From Tetramitus jugosus (Eukaryota > Protista > Heterolobosea), in NCBI GenBank assembly GCA_937625935.1, contig OW569364.1, forward strand, positions 441,257 through 505,256: a stretch of DNA of 64,000 nucleotides, given 5' to 3'. The notes beneath the pieces are model-generated. The model searched no databases, had not been told where the DNA came from, and saw only the letters and a list, made by a program, of their open reading frames with translations. Positions 56,524-64,000 of the stretch are shown piece by piece. Within the stretch, counting starts at the first letter, position 1. Every line of letters starts with the position of its first letter. The position numbers were made by a program, and so were the translations under genes.

Positions 56524-58653
56524 TCAAATATATCCATCACTGTCTGATTCATATTGTAGATGAGCGAACTTTACCTTGAGCCTTTCCTTTTCCTTGCTGT
56601 ATTTTTCTTCTGCTCTCTGAATTTGGACTTCCCGTTTTCTCTTCAGGTTGTTACACATTAGTCTAAAGTTGCCGTAGGATAGATTAGTTGTGTCACAAGC
56701 AACCTTGTTCTTTTCTTTTTCAGACTTTGGGAGTGACAATAATGTTTTCATATTTTCCTCGTAGTATCTCTCAACTAAGTGAGTGGCAGAATACCCTTCC
56801 TCTATATTTCTGATTCTCTCATAAAGAGTCTGTTTCAGCTTGCTGTTCTTCTCACCTTGCCTTTGAGTGACCAAATCCTGATACTGAGGGTCTTCTTTAA
56901 ACTTAGCTTCAACTCGGAATCGATTGTCTCTTATCATCTTTGTCCATACTTTTGAGAAAGCATTACCAGTATTCTTCGAAGCAACCCCTAATGAGAGATC
57001 TTGAACTTCCTTGGTCATTGATTTGTCTAATGGTTGATTTGATAACCTGATATGTTGTTTCATTTGCTTTGGAGGACTGAGTCTTCTGACCAGAGGAAAC
57101 CATTTCTTAGATTTAAGTTCTGTCTTAATCAAGCGATTCATCTCTTGAATATCCGTTGTATGTACATTCGCAACAGACACTTCAGAGAGTTCATCGCCAC
57201 ATAAGTAGCCCTTGTCAGTAGCCAAAGAAACCACAACAGCCATTGCATATCCACCTTCTTCTCCTTCTTGAAAGTGATTAATAGCAGTAAAGTGATTGGT
57301 TACCCATCGATCGTATGGCTTCAAGTATTCAATACTTTTCCAACCTACAAATCTGATCAGAGTTTGAAGGGTTCGTTCGTCGTGCATTCCATTATTTCTG
57401 ATTGTATCAATTAACAAGGTGCTAACTACTAGACCACTTCTGCAAGATCTAGTGGAGATAGTCTTGTCCAACACTTCCCTGGAATGATTCTTCATTGCAT
57501 TGCTCATTGCTTTGTTATCCATGGGATCGAATTCTTGACCAATCATGCAAAATACCGGTCTCTCACCCATGTCTCGTTTGAGTGCAAAGTTTCCTGAAAT
57601 AATACATTGAGCAGCGGAACCAGCTTGAAACACCCCTCTACAATCAGCAAGATAAATCAGAAGAGCAACATTGGGACATTTCTTTAAATTAAGAAATCCA
57701 GGCAAGCATTGATCCCAGAATTGATCCACCAGTCTCTTTTCTTTGATGACTTTCATAGTGAGAGTAATGCAAACCCTGTCATTTACAAAGGTTTTATGCC
57801 AAGATAAATGTCTGAGTTTCATAGCATGAAGCGATGCTCCCCTCAAACCTCTCGCTCTTGAAACAGCCAACAATGCATTAAGTCTGGATCCTTCTTCAGT
57901 GAGCAAGTTGCACTTGTTTCGTAACTTGATCCAATCAGGATTCAACAGCGGCTCTACTTTGAAAGTATTATGACCAAACTTTCTCAAAATAGACCTGAGC
58001 ATTGCTTGAATGTCTTCTCGTTGATTTTTTCTGAAGTCTGGACTCTTCTTTGTGATATGGAGATAACTCAACAGTCCATAACAGAGTGTACTGGATATGG
58101 TAGTAAATGAATACTCCTTGGTTACTTTACACCAGTACAGGAACATCAGAAAGGTCAACTTCTGAAGGGGGTAAGGATAAGGCTGGATGGATTCGAAATC
58201 ATCAAACCTTTCACTCATGGTTGAAAGGAAAGTGAAATAGAGCCTCTCAGCATATTGAAACAACTTGACACTGTTCTTTGCATACGAGGCTTGATCCTTT
58301 GCTACTTCAACTGAGAATGATGCTTGCGCCAAATTAGTTGCCTCCTCAATGTCCGGAAACGGAACATCAGCTAACAAATCTTCTTGTTCTCTATCATTTA
58401 CCATGCTACGGATTGGTGTAAAGACCAAGCGGGATACTCTTCTGACGGAGTTCTGCGAAACATTGACAAAATTCAAATCCTCGTCAGTAAGAAGTCTTTG
58501 AAACTCAGACTGAAACTCAGACCTCTGAAACTCTTGACTTAAGTCAAAAGCTTCTTCGGTCTCTTCAAAATCAAAATGATCTGGAAGATCTTTCAATTTT
58601 TGAAGTTGTTGAACAGCATAGGCTTTGAATGATTGTTGATTATTATCTAACAT
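56524..58653 (-). CDS. Tyrosine recombinase (Crypton/DIRS-YR-like), 709 aa from ATG 58653
   Basis: Ordered motifs ALLAVSRARGLR(G), KVIKEK, CPNVALLIYL, STRSCRSG (RxxR in place of HxxR), VGW and YLKPY, then a basic coiled-coil tail. Intronless. TATAAAA at 58776-58770 on the minus strand. Confidence 0.8.
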   Translation of the reverse strand: MLDNNQQSFKAYAVQQLQKLKDLPDHFDFEETEEAFDLSQEFQRSEFQSEFQRLLTDEDLNFVNVSQNSVRRVSRLVFTPIRSMVNDREQEDLLADVPFPDIEEATNLAQASFSVEVAKDQASYAKNSVKLFQYAERLYFTFLSTMSERFDDFESIQPYPYPLQKLTFLMFLYWCKVTKEYSFTTISSTLCYGLLSYLHITKKSPDFRKNQREDIQAMLRSILRKFGHNTFKVEPLLNPDWIKLRNKCNLLTEEGSRLNALLAVSRARGLRGASLHAMKLRHLSWHKTFVNDRVCITLTMKVIKEKRLVDQFWDQCLPGFLNLKKCPNVALLIYLADCRGVFQAGSAAQCIISGNFALKRDMGERPVFCMIGQEFDPMDNKAMSNAMKNHSREVLDKTISTRSCRSGLVVSTLLIDTIRNNGMHDERTLQTLIRFVGWKSIEYLKPYDRWVTNHFTAINHFQEGEEGGYAMAVVVSLATDKGYLCGDELSEVSVANVHTTDIQEMNRLIKTELKSKKWFPLVRRLSPPKQMKQHIRLSNQPLDKSMTKEVQDLSLGVASKNTGNAFSKVWTKMIRDNRFRVEAKFKEDPQYQDLVTQRQGEKNSKLKQTLYERIRNIEEGYSATHLVERYYEENMKTLLSLPKSEKEKNKVACDTTNLSYGNFRLMCNNLKRKREVQIQRAEEKYSKEKERLKVKFAHLQYESDSDGYI

Positions 58654-58850
58654 CTTGAATGGAGGTATTAGCCAGGATACATTGAGAGACAATACATGAA
58701 GTGCAACATACGATGAATAGTGGGAGTTGTTATTTGGTTTCTTTGAGGGTTTGTCGGTTGGTGTTTTGCTTTTATAGGCGTTCCGGTTCGATCCCTTGAT
58801 CAAGTTGTATTTAAAACTTGTGCTCAAAATAATCCAGGAGCATGGGAGGT

Positions 58851-58976
58851 TTTTTCTGGTGGAGCTTAAAAGCTCCACCTATTTTCTGGTGGGTACCTTT
58901 TTTCTGGTGGAGCTTTTAAGCTCCACCGCAATCTCTCCCGTGACGTTTTTTTCTGGTGGAGCTTAAAAGCTCCACC
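58851..58976. repeat. Three 22-bp palindromes GGTGGAGC-N6-GCTCCACC at 48/49-bp spacing
   Basis: 58858-58879 (TTAAAA), 58906-58927 (TTTTAA) and 58955-58976 (TTAAAA). Each is preceded by TTTTTCT. A half-site lies at about 58882-58892. Confidence 0.92.
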
Positions 58977-58991
58977 CAACCGATCGTGATG

Positions 58992-59069
58992 GGTTCGAAT
59001 CCTCAAGCGGGTAAATCCGTTTATTTTTGTTTCCCGTTTGATCAACTTTTTTTAGATGGGTTCGAATCC
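58992..59069 (+). promoter_or_regulatory. Two canonical Pol III B-box motifs outside any tRNA
   Basis: GGTTCGAATCC at 58992-59002 and 59059-59069, each in a GATG..TCAA context. A variant GGTTCGATCCC lies at 58785-58795. Confidence 0.55.
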
Positions 59070-59137
59070 CTCAATTGGTTGACTGTCATTTTGTTGTTGT
59101 ACTGTTTGAGGAACAAAAAACCACCACAAACCTCTCT

Positions 59138-59965
59138 ATGTCAAGAATTACTCTGGCTCAATCTCAAGAGTCCTCCCAAACTTTGGGGTCATCCTCTGCC
59201 TCCAATTCAACCCTGAATCGTCAGATGTTGGAAGCCAAAGCCATCATGTTCAATCAGGAAACTAGAATCAAGGAACTAGAAGATCAAGTTACAAAGTTGA
59301 AGGAACAACTCCAAACCAAGACTTCTGAGGCTCAAGAATGGCAAAAGAAGTACAGACTTCTTGGTGTCAGCGAACTCAAGCCAAAGACCAGAGAGAGGCT
59401 AGATTGGTTGGCAAAGGCTCTCACTCTCCAGAGTGCTACTGAGATGCTTGTGGTTGAGGAGGTGACAGAGATCGGAGACCTGGTTCGAATGTCCGATCAG
59501 GAGTTCGAAACCCTCCGAATGCATATCTCATCCTTCACCTATATGAGGTATGCAATGAGAAGAAAGGAGGTGGCAAAGGAAGGCAAGGATCTCTTCCAAC
59601 TGGTGAAAGGAAGAGAACCTCAAGGCACTGAGGTGAAAGGCTTCCTAAAGGACGTTCGTGTGGGTGAACTACTCCTCAAGCTCACACAAGCCTACAACAA
59701 CAAGGTGACAGTTTCTCAAATGGCATCCATCTTGGCAGCACCTCTTGCCATTGAGAAGTTGGAGGATCTCAAGGCCTTCCCATTCTGGGTTGCAAGTACC
59801 TACTCCAGCTCTCATATTGAGAAGCACATCAATCTCACCTTGTTGGCAGAGACTGGTGTCCCAACACATCTCTGCAAGATCGTGCATGAGTTGGTGGTGC
59901 AAACCAACAAGAGAACTGGCAGCGAGATAGACAATCCAAAACCACACAAGGTTGCAAAGAAATAA
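59138..59965 (+). CDS. Orphan 275-aa protein (N-terminal coiled coil, basic C-terminus), divergent from the recombinase
   Basis: ATG 59138 (MSRITLAQ), heptads RIKELEDQVTKLKEQLQTK, AATAAA at the stop. Intronless. Confidence 0.7.
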   Translation: MSRITLAQSQESSQTLGSSSASNSTLNRQMLEAKAIMFNQETRIKELEDQVTKLKEQLQTKTSEAQEWQKKYRLLGVSELKPKTRERLDWLAKALTLQSATEMLVVEEVTEIGDLVRMSDQEFETLRMHISSFTYMRYAMRRKEVAKEGKDLFQLVKGREPQGTEVKGFLKDVRVGELLLKLTQAYNNKVTVSQMASILAAPLAIEKLEDLKAFPFWVASTYSSSHIEKHINLTLLAETGVPTHLCKIVHELVVQTNKRTGSEIDNPKPHKVAKK

Positions 59966-60316
59966 AGTCTTAATTGAACATTCGATCCAATTCCAACTTT
60001 CCGGCGGCGCCAGTGAGCCATCATCAAAACCTCAGAGCCCACTGAGCGGATTAGCATTGTTCTCAATCACATAGAGGAGTTTTTTGTTGTGAATGAGATC
60101 AAAAAAGTCATTGTTTTTTGTCTTCCATTCCCCTCTTCTTGAAAATACTTCCTAAGCCTAGTTATGCCCTCGAAAAAATCAACTTCTCCATTTTATTTGT
60201 CGGCAGAACAATCGGAATACAATTTTACAAACCTAATCAATTTTTTGTATTCGCCTTTGGTTCCAATCAAAAACCATGGTGGCCATTGATGCCAATTTCA
60301 ATGAAGGTCCAACATC

Positions 60317-60385
60317 ATTTTTTCAGGGGGATTTTGCAAAGGAGCTGCGCTTACAACGAGCGCGGCAAAATCCCCCTGAAAAAAT
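60317..60385. repeat. Perfect 21-bp inverted repeat with 27-nt spacer
   Basis: ATTTTTTCAGGGGGATTTTGC / GCAAAATCCCCCTGAAAAAAT. The spacer contains an inner GCGCT/AGCGC stem. Confidence 0.92.
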
Positions 60386-61409
60386 CCACTGGGACACAAA
60401 ATCCCGGCCGAAAAAAACCTTTTTTTTTACTTCGGTTACAAAAAGTTGCTGCTAGCTGCTGGCCAACGACCAAGGAAACTTAATTCAGATGCATTAATGA
60501 TAGTTTTGTAGGTGAAGGTGCCACTACGTATGAAATAAACAGAACTTAAAATAAAATTGGAAATGTCTGTTTATTGAAAGAATTATTAAGTCTCGGAGGT
60601 GAAAAAAACACAAAATGGGCTAGCATCCAACTACTGAAACATAATCAAACGTTAACCAACCTTGTAATAGACTCTATTTGTCAAGTAGTATCTAATTATG
60701 CAAATTGAACTCACATAATGCCTCCTTTGTAGGTTGTATTCACGACCGGAGTATTGCAAAAACTACGAAAAAACTGACCAAAAGGAAGAATCCATTCATG
60801 CAAAATACTGATATTATAGGTGCTTTTACATACTCTGAATCTAATGGCACGTTAATTATTCGAATCCAAGCCATATTGAGAGAACTCTTGACTCAAACGT
60901 GTCGATCTGAACAGCAAGTAGTCGACAGACAAAAGAAAAAACGAATTAGAGAAAAACCAACACCATGTACATGTCATACACTGTCAAAGGAACCTATTTC
61001 CTCAAAATAATGAAAAAGGGGTGCAAGGGTCAGATCCACACCGACCGAGGTACACACACCAAAATTGACATTGTCAAGGAAGCGATTGGAAAGAAAAGGA
61101 ACCCAATCTCCACCTAGAACTGACCACGGGCAACTCATTGGCGTGGTCAGTTTCCCAAGAATGCAGTCAGAGCGTCCTCTATCAAGGCGGGAAGACTGGG
61201 AAAAAGCACAAAGCAACAAAAAAAAGCTGCAACAAAAAATGAGAACAATCGGTCCAAAAGAAAGGGAAATCCATGCCCGATTTTTTACCGATTTCAAGCC
61301 AAACTGTCAAACCAAGCCTCCTCTCTCCTTTGGAACACCCAGGAAGCTCACCAAACACCTTCCAAACAAACGGTTGATCGAGCGGAGTATATACAGAAAC
61401 TGGGTGGTT

Positions 61410-62352
61410 GGGTTTGGGTTTGGGGATACATCCAGGATTCCCCAACCTAAGGAAACGATTTCCTTATATGGTAATTTTTTTTTGAGATTTTTTATTGCTC
61501 TATGAGCTTCAGATAGATGAGATGAAGAGATTAGCGTGGTTTTCAACTCGATTTGAGCTTTATCGGCTCGTAGAGCCGATATATCTGTGCTGTATTTAAC
61601 AGATTTTTATCTGCAACAGTGTTAAAACTGCAACAGATTTTAGATGACTTTGATTCTATACTGGGGGTAAGACGTACGAGTGAAACATGATTTCTTTGTT
61701 TTGAATCAGGGTATTGAGACAGTATTTGATCATTTTTAACATAATTATCTTCCAACTTTATTTTTTGCCTCAGTTTCTGAGTACCTGATTTTTCAGAAAT
61801 TTTGACTGACTTGATTTAGTGTTTTTCTGGATAAAATCGAGAGTTTTTATCAAATAATCACTGTAGGATCAGATGTTTTATCTATTATTGAGACTTTTCG
61901 ATTTAAAATCCTGTAAGACAGTGAAATAGTCAAGTTTCAAATGTGAATCGAGTTTATAGTTGAAACGCCAGACTCAACCCGTCAGAAATCGAGAGTACTA
62001 GCTTTGTTGAACGCCAATTCAGTTTTACGAATGTTATAGACTGAAAATCTTGGGAAAGTTCTTCTTCTGGGGGGGTGGGTTTTGGGTTTGGGACTTTATA
62101 TTCGCTTCTGAACCGACAAAATATTGCCTTTTATGGAAGAGGATTGTCTAAATATGGGAGAGTTTTGAGTTTGAGTTTGGGGTTCATGTCATAAGTCTAG
62201 ACCCAACCCGAAGGAATTTTCAGTACAAATACTTCATCTCAACGAGCTCTAACAGGATTTAACAGGATTAAAACTCTATCATCTCGAAGAGACGATCGCT
62301 CCCTGCTGTAACTAACAGATTTTCTCTGCAACAGGATAAAAACTGCAACAGA
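61410..62352 (+). repeat. Subtelomeric internal telomeric seeds and diverged duplicated blocks
   Basis: Seeds at 61410-61425, 62077-62092 and a degenerate one at about 62163-62182. A roughly 50-bp block TGCTGTA..TAACAGATTTT..CTGCAACAG..AAAACTGCAACAGA occurs at 61588-61637 and 62304-62352. Confidence 0.8.
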
Positions 62353-63281
62353 CTTCTATGAAAGGATTTTTCAGAAAAGCTTGAGATTATCACTGGACTG
62401 TATGATAAGAGAACAGTTTTTACAGATTTTAGACTGAAATTTTAGACCTCTAGTATTCATTTGAAGCATTAATTCAGTTATTTCTGTTCTTTTTTGTTGT
62501 TGTTTGACATATTGAGTTGCATTTCGGTGCTCTGGCTTTTGATTGACTTAAAATTCTCTTGACCTGAAGATTATCACCGGTTTTAGAGATATTACGGATA
62601 AAATTGAGATATTTCATTGTTGAATGAAATAGTTTAGGTCGAATAGGCTCATTTTTTGAATTTCATTTTGTGAATCATATGAAACACTCTTGAACTGGAG
62701 AAATCAACTAATTTGTACCGAATTATTGATGATGAACGAGAGATTTCATTCTTGAAGGGAATATTTTGACATATTTGACAGGCAGAATGAGATTTAAACT
62801 TCTCAGTTCGTAAGATGAGTGCAGAGTAATAGTCCAGACCCAATCTTCATAAAATAAGAGTAGATCTTGCTTGTTGATAAGAATTCATACCTATGAACGT
62901 AATTGACTGAGAAATATTGCAGAAAATACTATTTTGGAGTGAGATTGGCTCGTGAGAGAAATATATTTCTATTATTCAGACTTCCTTGGATGCAGAGTTG
63001 AATACCCAGACACAACCTGTCATTACTGAAGAGAAATAGAAATGATTACATGTAAAACGTGTATATGACTCACTTGATTGCCTCTAAGCTTTCCAGATGT
63101 TGAGCTTTTTATGAGGAGATTTCTGTTTTGGACAAAAGCTGAGGAGTGAATGTCAAATGATGGAAATAGAAATGGGGCGAGTGGTTTAACTTCCATTTAT
63201 CTTATTTGATCAGATTTTAGATGATAGATCGGTTCTGTTTTGAATTCGAATGAAATTTTTGATTTTTGGGAAGAAAGTTCA

Positions 63282-64000
63282 TTTGGGTTTGGGTTTGGGT
63301 TTGGGTTTGGGTTTGGGTTTGGGTTTGGGTTTGGGTTTGGGTTTGGGTTTGGGTTTGGGTTTGGGTTTGGGTTTGGGTTTGGGTTTGGGTTTGGGTTTGG
63401 GTTTGGGTTTGGGTTTGGGTTTGGGTTTGGGTTTGGGTTTGGGTTTGGGTTTGGGTTTGGGTTTGGGTTTGGGTTTGGGTTTGGGTTTGGGTTTGGGTTT
63501 GGGTTTGGGTTTGGGTTTGGGTTTGGGTTTGGGTTTGGGTTTGGGTTTGGGTTTGGGTTTGGGTTTGGGTTTGGGTTTGGGTTTGGGTTTGGGTTTGGGT
63601 TTGGGTTTGGGTTTGGGTTTGGGTTTGGGTTTGGGTTTGGGTTTGGGTTTGGGTTTGGGTTTGGGTTTGGGTTTGGGTTTGGGTTTGGGTTTGGGTTTGG
63701 GTTTGGGTTTGGGTTTGGGTTTGGGTTTGGGTTTGGGTTTGGGTTTGGGTTTGGGTTTGGGTTTGGGTTTGGGTTTGGGTTTGGGTTTGGGTTTGGGTTT
63801 GGGTTTGGGTTTGGGTTTGGGTTTGGGTTTGGGTTTGGGTTTGGGTTTGGGTTTGGGTTTGGGTTTGGGTTTGGGTTTGGGTTTGGGTTTGGGTTTGGGT
63901 TTGGGTTTGGGTTTGGGTTTGGGTTTGGGTTTGGGTTTGGGTTTGGGTTTGGGTTTGGGTTTGGGTTTGGGTTTGGGTTTGGGTTTGGGTTTGGGTTTGG
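63282..64000 (+). repeat. Telomere (TTTGGG)n
   Basis: About 120 perfect hexamers running to the window end, with the G-rich strand 5'->3' toward the end. Confidence 0.97.

Larger units (their letters stand above)
56321..62076. mobile_element. Putative telomere-associated tyrosine-recombinase DNA element (boundaries inferred)
   Basis: YR gene plus a divergent orphan ORF between telomeric seeds. The seed+AC-N12-TCTGAACCGA motif recurs at 62081-62116. Confidence 0.5.

Noticed and set aside
58654-58878. 75-aa N-terminal extension of the YR ORF from a GTG
   Set aside because: It covers the TATA box and a palindrome. The first ATG is at 58653.
58851-58976. CRISPR-like array
   Set aside because: Only three units with short spacers containing repeat-derived sequence, in a eukaryotic context with no cas genes.
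58945-59075. tRNA gene
   Set aside because: B-boxes are present but no acceptor or anticodon stems can be formed.
56524-59965. DIRS/Ngaro retrotransposon or Polinton/virophage
   Set aside because: No RT/RNase H, gag knuckle, polB, packaging ATPase or capsid motifs are recognisable.
60118-62843. Short subtelomeric ORFs such as 61065-61505
   Set aside because: Mostly non-ATG starts, no recognisable motifs, and they run through telomeric seeds.

Overview
Right-hand end of a linear chromosome from a gene-dense, AT-rich unicellular eukaryote. Short GT(A/T)GT..AG introns, Naegleria-style EGF/RCC1/TPR/F-box/LRR families and a (TTTGGG)n telomere suggest a heterolobosean-like protist (inference, not verified). 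Positions 1-45.3 kb hold ordinary housekeeping genes. Positions 45.4-55.5 kb hold secreted or surface genes and pseudogenes, 55.7-63.3 kb is subtelomere, and 63,282-64,000 is telomere. Two candidate undescribed systems stand out. (1) All three RNA polymerase III genes in the window (two identical dispersed 5S rRNA genes and a tRNA-Ser(GCT)) have non-LTR retroelement insertions about 24-46 bp upstream. There are four insertions, all in the same head-to-head orientation, each with a target-site duplication (TSD), an A tail and a shared 3' GCAAC..GTTGT hairpin. One of them is an ORF1-only element. (2) The subtelomere carries an intronless tyrosine-recombinase gene and a divergent orphan ORF, surrounded by spaced palindromes, B-box motifs and internal telomeric seeds with a conserved end motif. 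This suggests a telomere-associated tyrosine-recombinase (YR) DNA element. All calls were made by eye; no database searches were run.
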